Assembly (NCBI GenBank): GCA_047601445.1 | Contig: JASGJH010000001.1 | Location: forward strand, 8,256,001 to 8,320,000 | Source of the DNA: Myxococcales bacterium | GTDB lineage: Bacteria > Myxococcota_A > Polyangia > Polyangiales > DASUME01 | DNA: 64,000 nucleotides | Reading direction: 5' to 3' | Part shown: positions 46,397-55,444 of the stretch, one piece after another | Position numbering within the stretch: position 1 is the stretch's first letter | Layout: each line of letters opens with the position of its first letter | Translations under genes and position numbers: made by a program | The notes under the pieces: generated by a model | Told to the model about the DNA's origin: nothing | The model's input: only the letters and a program-made list of their open reading frames with translations | Databases searched by the model: none

Positions 46397-46938
46397 AGAA
46401 AGCAGTCATCGGCCTCGTGCGATCGCGCGCCGATGCAGATGCGGTGGTCACCAACCTGCAGAGCCATGGTTTTGCGCTGCGCGACATCTCCGCGCTGCTG
46501 CCCGATCGTGAGGGGGCGCGGGATTTTGCCCATGTTCACAACACCAAGGCGCCCGAGGGGGCCATCGCGGGCGCGGGTGCAGGCGGGGTGCTGGGCGGGA
46601 CGCTCGGGATGTTGGCCGGCATCGGAGCCTTCGCCATCCCGGGGCTCGGCGTGTTCATCGCGGCGGGTCCCCTGTTGGCTGCCATGAGCGGTGTGGCGGT
46701 AGGGGCCACCGTGGGGTCCATCGCGGGGGCCCTGGTGGGCTCGGGTATTCCCGAGATCGAAGCCAAGCTTTACGAGGGCAAGCTGCGCAGCGGGAACATC
46801 TTGATCGCCGTGCACGCCGAGACTGCCGAGCGGCAACGGCGCGCCAGCGAGGTGTTGGCTGCAGCGGGCGCAGACAAGGTCGGTATGGCTGCCGAGGCGG
46901 CGCTTCCGCGCGATGAGCTCAGGACGAGTCGGCGCTAG
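46393..46938 (+). CDS. general stress protein-like membrane protein
   Basis: TKAPEGA..GAGAGGVLGGTLG.LAGIGA.AIPGLG..IAAGP, GIPE.EAK.YE. Confidence 0.8.
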   Translation: MKKAVIGLVRSRADADAVVTNLQSHGFALRDISALLPDREGARDFAHVHNTKAPEGAIAGAGAGGVLGGTLGMLAGIGAFAIPGLGVFIAAGPLLAAMSGVAVGATVGSIAGALVGSGIPEIEAKLYEGKLRSGNILIAVHAETAERQRRASEVLAAAGADKVGMAAEAALPRDELRTSRR

Positions 46939-46990
46939 TGACAGACAAGGTGGACCGATCGACTAGGACGGCTCCTCGTCGAGAAACTCT

Positions 46991-47156
46991 CGTGGTTGTG
47001 GTCATGATCGGCGAGGTGGACTTTCACGGCGACGGCGACGGTGTGCGTGAGCGCCCTCGCCTTTGACGTGCAGAGCGTTCGACCTCCAACCGCTCACGCA
47101 GACCGTCGCCGTCGTCGTCAAAGTCGACGGAATCGACGGCCACGACCATGACCACG
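46991..47156. repeat. long imperfect inverted repeat with hexamer periodicity between convergent genes
   Basis: ACTTTCACGGCGACGGCGACGGTGTGCGTGAGCG pairs with CGCTCACGCAGACCGTCGCCGTCGTCGTCAAAGT. Confidence 0.7.
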
Positions 47157-47226
47157 CTTGCGATCGGCTCGTCGATGGAAAGCCGGGTGGATGACGTCCG
47201 TGCGGGTGCCAGATCGCCTATCGCGC

Positions 47227-48147
47227 TCAACCCGTCAGGCGCGCCTGAGGCACTGTGCTGCGCAGCGCTGGGATGAGGCGTGCGGCGGCCTGCTCCACCT
47301 CTGGCCGAAAGACGAGGCGCCAGGGCCGCTCGATGCTGCCGCTGCTCAAGCGCTTGGCCACCAAATCGCCGCGGGCGAGCTGCGGGGCCGCGATCCACTC
47401 GGACAGCACCGCCACGCCCATGCCGGCGCGTGCCATGTCGAAGATGGCCTCGGTGAGCGGGAGCCGCTCGAACTTGAGGCGTGGGCGGGCTCGACCGAAC
47501 ACACGCGTGAGGAACCAGTGCTGCTCCGCAGGGGGAGTGTGTGAGCTCAGGAGCACGGCCTGCTGAATGTCGCGCGGCGTGAGCGCGCGCTTTTTGGCCA
47601 ACGGATGATCGTGGGCCATCACGAACACGATCTCGTCCGTGAACAGCGGCGCTTCCATGAGCGGCGAACTGCGCGGCACCTCGCTCGTGGTCACCAGGGC
47701 CGCGTCGAGCTTGCCGGCGGACAGGGCCGAGAGCGGATCGCCCGTGTGCTCGACCGAGACCGACAAGGAAAGGCCGGGCAAGGTGCGGCGCAAGGCGTGA
47801 AGCGCCGAGGGCAACCAGTGGTAGGCCGTATAGCACTCGCACACCATGCGGACGCGGGTGGGCGCGTCGTCGGAGCGCACACGATGTTCGAGATCACACA
47901 GGCTGGCGAGCAGTTCCTGCGCTCCCGCGAGCAGGCGCGCGCCGGCTTGCGTGGGCTCGAGGCCCCGCGGCCCGCGCTCGAATAGGCGCGTCTCGAGCTT
48001 CTCCTCGAGCGAGAGCAGGGCGCGGCTCACGGCGGGCTGCGTGATGTGGAGGAGGGCGGCCGCCTTGGCCGTGGTGCCCGCGCTGGCCAGGGCCAACGCC
48101 ACCTGGAGGTCGCGGATCTCGAGATCGGGCGTGAGTATGCGTTGCAC
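47227..48147 (-). CDS. LysR family transcriptional regulator
   Basis: TTAKAAALLHITQPAVSRAL..LE..L...LFER; CECYTAYHWLP; start uncertain. Confidence 0.92.
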   Translation of the reverse strand: MQRILTPDLEIRDLQVALALASAGTTAKAAALLHITQPAVSRALLSLEEKLETRLFERGPRGLEPTQAGARLLAGAQELLASLCDLEHRVRSDDAPTRVRMVCECYTAYHWLPSALHALRRTLPGLSLSVSVEHTGDPLSALSAGKLDAALVTTSEVPRSSPLMEAPLFTDEIVFVMAHDHPLAKKRALTPRDIQQAVLLSSHTPPAEQHWFLTRVFGRARPRLKFERLPLTEAIFDMARAGMGVAVLSEWIAAPQLARGDLVAKRLSSGSIERPWRLVFRPEVEQAAARLIPALRSTVPQARLTG

Positions 48148-48182
48148 GCATCGAGTGTATTCCAACTATGCGTTGGATGCAT
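48137..48182. promoter_or_regulatory. two LysR-type T-N11-A boxes
   Basis: ATGC-GTTGCAC-GCAT (48137) and ATGC-GTTGGAT-GCAT (48168) at the divergent lysR/gst junction. Confidence 0.7.
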
Positions 48183-48235
48183 TCGCCCGCTGTTTCTAGT
48201 CTGAGCGGCGTTCCCACACCTATCAGGAGGACTTC

Positions 48236-48853
48236 ATGGAACTGTTCTTCTCGCCGCTCGCCTGCTCCGCCGCTTCGCGCATCGCTCTCTACGAGTCCGG
48301 TCAGACGGCCGCCTTCACACGCGTGGACACCAAGACCCGGCGCACCGACCACGGCGAGGATTATCTCGCGGTGCACCCGCTCGGGATGGTGCCGGCCCTG
48401 CGCCTCGACGACGGTCGGGTGCTGACCGAGAACGCGGCCATCTTGCAGTTTCTGGCCGAGCGCGTGCCCGAGGCCCAACTCGCCCCCGTGGCAGGCATGG
48501 AGCGCGCGCTGCTTTGGCAATGGTTGTGTTTCATCGGTACGGAGCTGCACAAGACCGTGTTCACTCCGCTGCTCGACGCCAAGGCGCCCGCCGCCAGCAA
48601 GGAGTACGCGCTCGCGCTCGCGGAGACGCGCCTCGCGCTGCTCGAACGGCACCTCACGGACCGCACGTACCTCCTCGAACGGTTCAGCGTCGCGGACGCG
48701 TACCTGGTGGTCATCCTCGGCTGGACGCAGGTCACGCCCATCGAGCTCGCCAAGTATCCCGCCGTGGCGGCCTATGTGGGGCGCCTCCGCAAGCGTCCGA
48801 GCGTGGCCAAGGCGCTCGCCGAAGAGCGAGAGCTCTACACCCAGGCGCGCTGA
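48236..48853 (+). CDS. glutathione S-transferase (beta-class-like)
   Basis: SPLACS, HPLGMVPAL, LTENAAILQFL, FIGTELHK, FSVADAYL. Confidence 0.92.
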   Translation: MELFFSPLACSAASRIALYESGQTAAFTRVDTKTRRTDHGEDYLAVHPLGMVPALRLDDGRVLTENAAILQFLAERVPEAQLAPVAGMERALLWQWLCFIGTELHKTVFTPLLDAKAPAASKEYALALAETRLALLERHLTDRTYLLERFSVADAYLVVILGWTQVTPIELAKYPAVAAYVGRLRKRPSVAKALAEERELYTQAR

Positions 48854-48882
48854 GGTTCATCGAGGCGTGGCCGAGGCAGCGC

Positions 48883-49353
48883 TCAGGAGCATTCCGGCAC
48901 CACGTGGCCATCCGAGCGCGCCACCCAGCGCAGCAAGTCGGCGGCGGACAGGACGCCGACCACCTTGCCCGTGCCGGACACCACGGCCACGCGCTCGACG
49001 GCCTCGTACACCATCAAGCCTGCAGCCTGGGTGGCTGGCAGGTGTTCCTGCACCGTGATGGCGTCGCGCTCGATGAGCTCTGCCACCGAGCGCTCACGAG
49101 TCGGCGTTCCGCGTACGTCGCCGTGTTGCAATGCCCGCAGCACCGTGCGTTCGTCGAGCACTACCAGGGTCTGGTCGCGCTCGTTGACCACGGCTGCGGC
49201 ATGCCAGCCCGTCTGCTCGAACAGGTTGGCCAGCGCATCGAGCGACAACTCGGGCCGCACGCAGAGCACGTTCCGAGACATGAGCTCCGCGACCGTGGCG
49301 CGTGGCAACTGGATGCAGGCGTCGATGTCTGAATATCGGAAAGCAGCGGACAC
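48883..49353 (-). CDS. CBS domain pair protein
   Basis: VAELMSRNVLCV, VAELIERDAITV, GKVVGVLSAADLL; GGAGG before GTG. Confidence 0.8.
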   Translation of the reverse strand: MSAAFRYSDIDACIQLPRATVAELMSRNVLCVRPELSLDALANLFEQTGWHAAAVVNERDQTLVVLDERTVLRALQHGDVRGTPTRERSVAELIERDAITVQEHLPATQAAGLMVYEAVERVAVVSGTGKVVGVLSAADLLRWVARSDGHVVPECS

Positions 49354-49598
49354 AGGTCCTCCCCGAGCTGAAAACGCTCTGGAGGTGGCGGCCCGACCAC
49401 TCCCGGTTCCTGCTGCCGGAATGGCAGCACCCCTTAGAGGCCTGCAACGTAAGTACGGCGAGCGTGATTGCAACCATGTGAGCGGCGGGCTTGATCAGGT
49501 TTTGGGGACCGAACGAGCGCGAGCGAGGCCGCACACGGGGTGAACGCAGTAACGTTTGGCCGTTGAGGGGCCACGCTTGGGACGAGATGCCCTCAAGC

Positions 49599-50162
49599 AT
49601 GACCCGTGCGTTTGCCTTCGAACTCGACGCCTTCATTCAAGCCTGTCGCGTGGCGCTCCTCGACGGTTCCCCCGAGAAGGCCATGCGTGAAGTCGTGGCG
49701 CGCGCCGTGTCGGAGCCCGCCGCGGTGCTGCGTGCGCTGGGCGAGCCGGTTCGAGCAGGTCTCGTGCCCCTCCATCGCTCGGAGGAGCTTACCATCATGA
49801 ATGTCGTGTGGGGACCGGGCATGACGGTCAGGCCCCACGATCACCGGATGTGGGCGACCATCGGCATCTACACCGGTCGCGAGGACAACATCTTCTGGCG
49901 TCGTATCGAGGACGAGCAGAGCGGCAAGGTCGAGGCGCGCGGTGCTCGCTCACTTAGTGCGGGCGACTGCGTCACGCTCGGGCGCGAGATCATCCACTCG
50001 GTGACCAACCCCATCCCTCGCCTGAGCGGCGCCATTCACGTGTATGGCGGAAACCTCGCGGCCGTCGCCCGCAGCGAGTGGGACCCCGAGAGTCTGCTCG
50101 AGCGTCCGTATGACTCCGAGCGCACCGCCCGCGACTTTGAAAGCGCCAACGAGCGCCGCTGA
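49599..50162 (+). CDS. cysteine dioxygenase-like cupin metalloprotein
   Basis: PHDHRMWA.IG.Y.G.EDN, IHSV.NP, AIHVYGG. Confidence 0.82.
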   Translation: MTRAFAFELDAFIQACRVALLDGSPEKAMREVVARAVSEPAAVLRALGEPVRAGLVPLHRSEELTIMNVVWGPGMTVRPHDHRMWATIGIYTGREDNIFWRRIEDEQSGKVEARGARSLSAGDCVTLGREIIHSVTNPIPRLSGAIHVYGGNLAAVARSEWDPESLLERPYDSERTARDFESANERR

Positions 50163-50183
50163 CGCAACGACGCGGTCGACGTG

Positions 50184-50750
50184 TCAGGGCACAGGTGTGT
50201 ACACCTGATCGCGCGCCCCGGCCGTGGGCGTGTGATCTTGGCTGCCGGCGGCCGAATGGCAGGCCACGCACACCTGCTTGGGTACACCTTGGTCACCGAA
50301 GCCAGCCGCCACCACGCCGGTGGTCGGCAGCTGTTCGTACCAGTACCAGTTGGCCCCTCCCGCGCTGTCCGCTTCGGTCTTGACGTAATAGGCGTAGCCG
50401 ACGACGTCGGTGCTGTCGGCGGAGGCGTAGAGCTCCTTCACGGCCGCCGCTCCCTTGGGCCACGCAGCGGTGCCGTTTGCATTGGAGGCGATGCGGTCGT
50501 TCGAGCAGATGCGGTTGTAGGTATGGGCGGACGGCATACGCGCCGCGTGCACCGTGGGTTCGCAGTGCCATTCGAGATAGGCTCCGGAAGCCAGAAATGC
50601 CTCCACCCCAGCCTGATCCGTTGGCAGCAACGCCTCGGGCATCGACGCGTCGGATCCGGCGTCGGAAGTGGGAGCGCTCGGCCTATCATCGTCAGCGCAG
50701 GCGGCGCACAGCAACAAGGCTTGGCACATCAACAGCGAAAGTGTCTTCAT
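50184..50750 (-). CDS. cytochrome P460-like c-type cytochrome lipoprotein
   Basis: CAAC lipobox-like site; WPKGAAAVKELY, WYWYE, C-terminal CVACH. Confidence 0.65.
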   Translation of the reverse strand: MKTLSLLMCQALLLCAACADDDRPSAPTSDAGSDASMPEALLPTDQAGVEAFLASGAYLEWHCEPTVHAARMPSAHTYNRICSNDRIASNANGTAAWPKGAAAVKELYASADSTDVVGYAYYVKTEADSAGGANWYWYEQLPTTGVVAAGFGDQGVPKQVCVACHSAAGSQDHTPTAGARDQVYTPVP

Positions 50751-50877
50751 GATGTCCTCGGGTTGGATCGAGGCCCGCCGGGGACAGTGCTGTGGGGGCC
50801 CGTTGCCTCTTCGATCGACACCTGCATGCGGTTACATCGCGAACTCAGAAAATGCGTCCGCCGCAATTCACCACGAC

Positions 50878-51408
50878 CTAGCGTCCGAGTAGCCCGCCCA
50901 ACGCGCCCGCGATTCCGCCTTGCCCGAGGCTGCTCAACAGGGGGACCGCCGATAACACCTTCTGAACGAGCTCCGGCGAGAGACGCGACTTCAGGAAGTT
51001 CAGCACCAACGGTGCCACCATGCTGGCCATGCTCGGGTTGATGTTCAGCTTGCCGAGCAGCTGCGCGATGGTGGTCACGTCGAGACCTCCCGCCCCACCG
51101 CCGCCCGTGAGCGCGCCGAGCAGTCCACCCGCCGCCTGATTGCCCCCGAGCGCGCCGAGGGCCGAGCCGAGCAGTCCGCCTCCAAGGCCTCCTTCGGATG
51201 CGTTCGAGCTCGCGTTCTGCGCCAGGCTCGCCGCGGCCTTTTGCCAACCCGAGAGCTCGGGGATGGCTTGCTGAAGTTGTTGCGCCTCTTGCGCCCCAAC
51301 CTGACTCTCCACCTGCTGCTTCACGCCCCCCAACACCGCGCCTGCAAGGCTCTCCGCTGCGCCCTTGTCGATGCCGAACTGCGATGCGAGCTCTCCAATG
51401 AAATCCAT
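50878..51408 (-). CDS. Gly/Leu-rich helical hypothetical protein (DUF2780-like)
   Basis: MDFIGEL..QFGI...AE..AG.VL, MVAPLVLNFLK; GGGGGAAG upstream. Confidence 0.7.
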   Translation of the reverse strand: MDFIGELASQFGIDKGAAESLAGAVLGGVKQQVESQVGAQEAQQLQQAIPELSGWQKAAASLAQNASSNASEGGLGGGLLGSALGALGGNQAAGGLLGALTGGGGAGGLDVTTIAQLLGKLNINPSMASMVAPLVLNFLKSRLSPELVQKVLSAVPLLSSLGQGGIAGALGGLLGR

Positions 51409-51580
51409 GCTTCCCCCTTTTGCCGAGGATAGTACCTCGGTGGACTCAAGTGTGCCCTTGGTATGGGCCGTCGCTTCGGGGGCGGGGCCGTTGATTCGCG
51501 CGCTTGCACGGCCCCGTGCTTCTCGCCCTGTTTGCGTTCGCTCTACCGAACGTTCTCACTCCACCGACCAGGCCCGTCCG

Positions 51581-51762
51581 CCCCAGTTCGTCTGCGAACT
51601 GGGGTCGAGCGTCGGTGAGGTGGGCTTGTGGGGGCGCGCGCCGCCTGCGCTGTGTCGAACTCGTGTCCTCACAGGCGGACTTGCATCTAGGCATGTGCCA
51701 CTCCCACCTGACCGCCGCACCGACGCGACAAAACGCCAGCGCGCCCCCACAAGCCCGCCTCA
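51581..51762. repeat. structured intergenic element: 10-bp hairpin plus long-range inverted repeat
   Basis: CCCCAGTTCG/CGAACTGGGG; GGGCTTGTGGGGGCGCGC (51622) pairs perfectly with 51739-51756. Confidence 0.6.
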
Positions 51763-51844
51763 GCGAAGCACCGGTCCAGACCCAAGAGGAACACTTGGGC
51801 CGAAGGGCTCGTCGTGAAGAGAGAACGTTGGTGCAATGAGGACG

Positions 51845-52567
51845 CTAAGAGGGCTGGATGACCGCACAAGCGATAGGCTTGCCGGATTCCCCGGTCGGCC
51901 CGCTGCCCACGTCTTTCTTCTCATGAATCACGATGGCGCGGTGGGCGAGGGAGCGCTCGTCGTTGCCTTCGAGGTGCACGGCGGGGACCACGAAGGTGAG
52001 CTTGCCGTCTCCGTCCTGATCGATCTGGATGTTGCCGAGGTCGCCCGTGTGATGGTGTGGCGTGCTCGGTAGTCCGTGGTGCTCGTCCATCGTGGTGACG
52101 AGGTGCTCGCCCATGCTCTTGCCGGGGATGTCGGAGCAATCGCCCTTCTGGTGAATGTGAATGCCCTTGAGACCCGCGGGAGCGTCCTTGACGTCGACCT
52201 CGATGCGCACGCCGCCAGCGACCTCCTTCAGCTCTGCCTCCCCCTCGAGCTTCACGCCGGGCCCTGCCACGAACCTGGCTTCGGCCGCGATGCGTTTGCC
52301 GGTGGTGTCGTTAACTTCCGAAGGACGCGATGCGGATGGATGTTGTTCGGATTGATTCGTCACGTCGGTGGCGAGCTTGTTGTGCTTCGCCTGCTGAACA
52401 CCTCGTTCCTCCATCGGCTTGATTTCCACCGCCGGCACATCACCGACCGCGGCCCTCTCGTTGTCGCTCTTGGACTGGCTGAGGTGCTCGACCGGTTCGC
52501 GGCATCCCAGGCAGAGCCCCACGAGAGTCGTGGCCATAGCGATGGATCGCGCCTTCGAATGCCGCAT
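51845..52567 (-). CDS. sodC: Cu/Zn superoxide dismutase family lipoprotein
   Basis: CLGC lipobox-like site; GIHIHQKGDC, HHGLP, HHTGDLGNI, AIVIHEKKD, IACAVI. Confidence 0.85.
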   Translation of the reverse strand: MRHSKARSIAMATTLVGLCLGCREPVEHLSQSKSDNERAAVGDVPAVEIKPMEERGVQQAKHNKLATDVTNQSEQHPSASRPSEVNDTTGKRIAAEARFVAGPGVKLEGEAELKEVAGGVRIEVDVKDAPAGLKGIHIHQKGDCSDIPGKSMGEHLVTTMDEHHGLPSTPHHHTGDLGNIQIDQDGDGKLTFVVPAVHLEGNDERSLAHRAIVIHEKKDVGSGPTGESGKPIACAVIQPS

Positions 52568-52757
52568 ACGGTCCTCCTGAGCGAACCTCGAGCTGCGCTC
52601 ACGGGGCGCTGCTTGGCTCCTCAGACGGCTACGGTAGGCACGAGCTTGGCGATGGCTATGGAGAACCACCCGCGTCGCGCCCCAGGAGAGCGGAGTCTCC
52701 GGGGCAATCTCGCCGAGATGCTTCGAGACTTCGAGTCATGAGCGGAGCTCGCACGGG

Positions 52758-52919
52758 CTAGCCGCACCCCCTCATCCGGGGCTCGTCGAGCGCAGCCCTG
52801 CCGCGCAGGGCCTCCGCCAGTAGTTCCTGCAGCTCGTCCAACAGGAAGGGTAGGTGCATAAGCGCAAGGGATTCAGGGGCTTCCTCATCAATCGTGGGGC
52901 TCTCGCTCGGACCTGCCAT
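52758..52919 (-). CDS. possible small protein (53 aa)
   Basis: GGAGAG before ATG; MAGPSESPTIDEEAPESLALMHLPFLLDELQELLAEALRG... Confidence 0.35.
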   Translation of the reverse strand: MAGPSESPTIDEEAPESLALMHLPFLLDELQELLAEALRGRAALDEPRMRGCG

Positions 52920-53134
52920 GACGCTCTCCCGGCACTGGCCTCGGGGCCTTTCCCTAAAGACGAAGCAGCGCCGCGAATTTCGACACTCCAGGGGCGCTTT
53001 TCTGGGCGCTGGTGACTTTTTTGTCTGCCCTTGGGACTTGGTGCCCGCAGGCGTCCAAAGCGTTCAAGCCTGCCTGCTTCCGGAATCGACCGAGCGGTGG
53101 GGGCCTCGCCTTGGTGCTACGACCCTTCGCGACG

Positions 53135-53398
53135 ATGGCCCATAGCAGCGACCCCGACGCGTTTTGGCATAGCTGGCCGATGTTGGACCTGCGGGAGTTC
53201 GTGCGCATCGGAGCGTCCGACCTGCGCATGTTCAAGATCGAAATTCCCGAAGACAGCGAGCTTGCTGTGTACACCCTGTTCGATCCCGCCGTGGGGGACA
53301 AACTGATCATCGGCCACGAAGCCCTGTGCTGGTTGGTGGTCCGCGGCTACGCCTCGGTGGCCCTCACGTACCCGGACGGCACCTGGACGCGCGCCTAG
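53135..53398 (+). CDS. hypothetical protein
   Basis: Protein-like composition in an otherwise empty gap. Confidence 0.45.
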   Translation: MAHSSDPDAFWHSWPMLDLREFVRIGASDLRMFKIEIPEDSELAVYTLFDPAVGDKLIIGHEALCWLVVRGYASVALTYPDGTWTRA

Positions 53399-53476
53399 GA
53401 CCGCGGCTATGGCCTTGAGCGGTCCCATGCAGCACTGCAACCCACGCGCCCGCGAGTGAATGCGCCGAGTCTCGTC

Positions 53477-54235
53477 TCAGCCTTCGTCGTCGCTGGGACG
53501 CTGCTTGGTTCGTCGGCGCTTGGGACGCGCGAGGCTCTGCTTGTCAGCCGATTTGGCGCGGTATTGGCGTGAGGGCGGCTCCGACTCGTCGGGCTCGGGA
53601 ACTTCGAGCACGCGCAGATCGGGATCCTCCCCCTCGAACCCAGGCTCGCGGTTTTCTCGGCGTTGCAGTGTTCGCGGCGGCAGCAGGTCGGGTTCGGAGG
53701 CGACCTTTTGCGCCATGAAGATGGCTGCGTCGAGTTTGTGGAAGTTGCGTCGGCGATAGAACGCCAGGGCCGACCGGTTGTTCTCGGCGACTTCGAGCAC
53801 CAGATGGGTGCAGCCGCGCAGACGCGCCAGATGTTGCAGCTGCTCGATGATGAAGCCGCCCACGCCGAGACCCTGCACCTTGGGGTGCACGGCCAGCTCG
53901 TCCAGGAACATCGGGCGCATCCCGCGCTTGTCGAAGTAGCGTGGGTTGATCCAGTTGTCGGAGCCAGAGATCTCGAGCGTGCACTCCGCGTAGCCGACGA
54001 TCTCACCGTCGACCTCGAACAAGAGTTGCTCTGCCTCGTCATCGTCGTAGACATCCAAGAAGCGATGCTTGGAGCGAGGGCGCTGGTATTCCACCGTCTC
54101 GCGGTTCACCTCGCGGAACACGAGCTTGAGGAACTCCCAGGTGCGATTGAGATCCCGACGATGCAGGCGACGCACCCGTACTTCGACGGGCGCGTTCTCG
54201 GAATCGGGTTGGTCGTCATCTTGATGGCTAGTCAC
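53477..54235 (-). CDS. GNAT family N-acetyltransferase
   Basis: LDELAVHPKVQGLGVG, LEVAENNRSALAFYRRRNF; start uncertain. Confidence 0.88.
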   Translation of the reverse strand: MTSHQDDDQPDSENAPVEVRVRRLHRRDLNRTWEFLKLVFREVNRETVEYQRPRSKHRFLDVYDDDEAEQLLFEVDGEIVGYAECTLEISGSDNWINPRYFDKRGMRPMFLDELAVHPKVQGLGVGGFIIEQLQHLARLRGCTHLVLEVAENNRSALAFYRRRNFHKLDAAIFMAQKVASEPDLLPPRTLQRRENREPGFEGEDPDLRVLEVPEPDESEPPSRQYRAKSADKQSLARPKRRRTKQRPSDDEG

Positions 54236-54432
54236 GGCGGGCCAAAGGGTATCAGCAGAGCCGAGGCTTTCCAGTGCATGTAAAAGGGCTGCCCGCTGCA
54301 ACCCTCGACGCCTGGGAGAGCGGATGGTGGTGACGGGGCTGAGCGTCAAGGGGAGCGGCTAGGTTCACGTCGCCGTCGCCATCGCCATCAGTGTTCACGT
54401 CCACGTAGTCGTGCGCGTACTCGTACTCGATC

Positions 54433-55416
54433 TCAATTCCCACTTCCCTCCCTCATCCCCACCACCACTCTCCCTACCGCCGCCAGCACTCCATTACGCT
54501 CCTCCTCGGACGCCGGCGAGTCCACCGAGTAAGCAGCCACCAGAATCGGCTTGCCGTCCGGCGGCCACAGGACGGCCACGTCGTTGGTGGCGCCGTTCGC
54601 GCACATGCCCGTCTTGTCGCCCGCGCTCCAGTCGGACGGCAAGCCCGCGCGCACCTTGGTGGTGCCCGTGGTGCTCTCGCGGAGCCAGCTCAAGAGCCGC
54701 TGGCGCGAGTCCTCGGACAACGCCGAACCGAGCAGCAAGCTCCGCACCGTGCGCAGCATGGCAGCCGGGGTGGTGGTGTCGCGCGGGTCGTCCGGCAGCG
54801 CGCTGTTGAGCGTGGGTTCGTTGCGATCGAGCCTGGTCTCGGCGTCGCCCCAGCCGCGGATGTAGCCCGTGAGGCCCGCGGGGCCCCCCAGCGTATCGAG
54901 CAATGAATTGGCCGCGGTGTTGTCGCTGACGCTCACGGCTGCGGCGCATAGTGCCTCCACAGTGAGTCCCGTCGCCACGTGCTGCTCGGTGATCGGAGAG
55001 TGCGCCAACAAGTCCTTCTTCCGCCAGCGCAGCACCCTGTCGAGCTTTTCCTCGCCGCGCTCCACGCGCGTCAACACGGCGGCCGCCAGCAGCAGCTTGA
55101 AGGTGCTGCACATGGGGAAGCGCTCATCGGCGTGATAGGCGAGCTCGATGCCCGTGCCGGTGTCTGCCACCATGACGCCAAGGCGCCCTCCGACACCTTC
55201 GTGAGTGGCCTCGAGTCGCTCGCGCGCCGAACGGCGAGCCTCCTCGCCGGGCGCGGGTGCGGGGGAGGGCGCAGCGGATGGCGCGGCTTCGGGCGCAGTC
55301 GAGACCGGCGTGACCTGGGGCGCGGCCGGGGAGGGTTGAGGACGCGTGCACGCCTGGCTCTGCAGGATGCAGAGTGCGGCGATGGACAGGATTCGTGGTG
55401 ACGGGGCTGCGGGCAT
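54433..55416 (-). CDS. bla: class A beta-lactamase (probable lipoprotein)
   Basis: RFPMCSTFK (SxxK), SDN, RLDRNEPTLN (E166/N170), DKTG. Confidence 0.93.
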   Translation of the reverse strand: MPAAPSPRILSIAALCILQSQACTRPQPSPAAPQVTPVSTAPEAAPSAAPSPAPAPGEEARRSARERLEATHEGVGGRLGVMVADTGTGIELAYHADERFPMCSTFKLLLAAAVLTRVERGEEKLDRVLRWRKKDLLAHSPITEQHVATGLTVEALCAAAVSVSDNTAANSLLDTLGGPAGLTGYIRGWGDAETRLDRNEPTLNSALPDDPRDTTTPAAMLRTVRSLLLGSALSEDSRQRLLSWLRESTTGTTKVRAGLPSDWSAGDKTGMCANGATNDVAVLWPPDGKPILVAAYSVDSPASEEERNGVLAAVGRVVVGMREGSGN

Positions 55417-55444
55417 GCCGCCAGGATAGCGCGCGGAAGTTGCC

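Noticed and set aside
54252..54443. Short ORF with IEIEYEY/DGDGDG pattern
   Set aside because: Better explained as the translation of a hexamer-periodic intergenic tract
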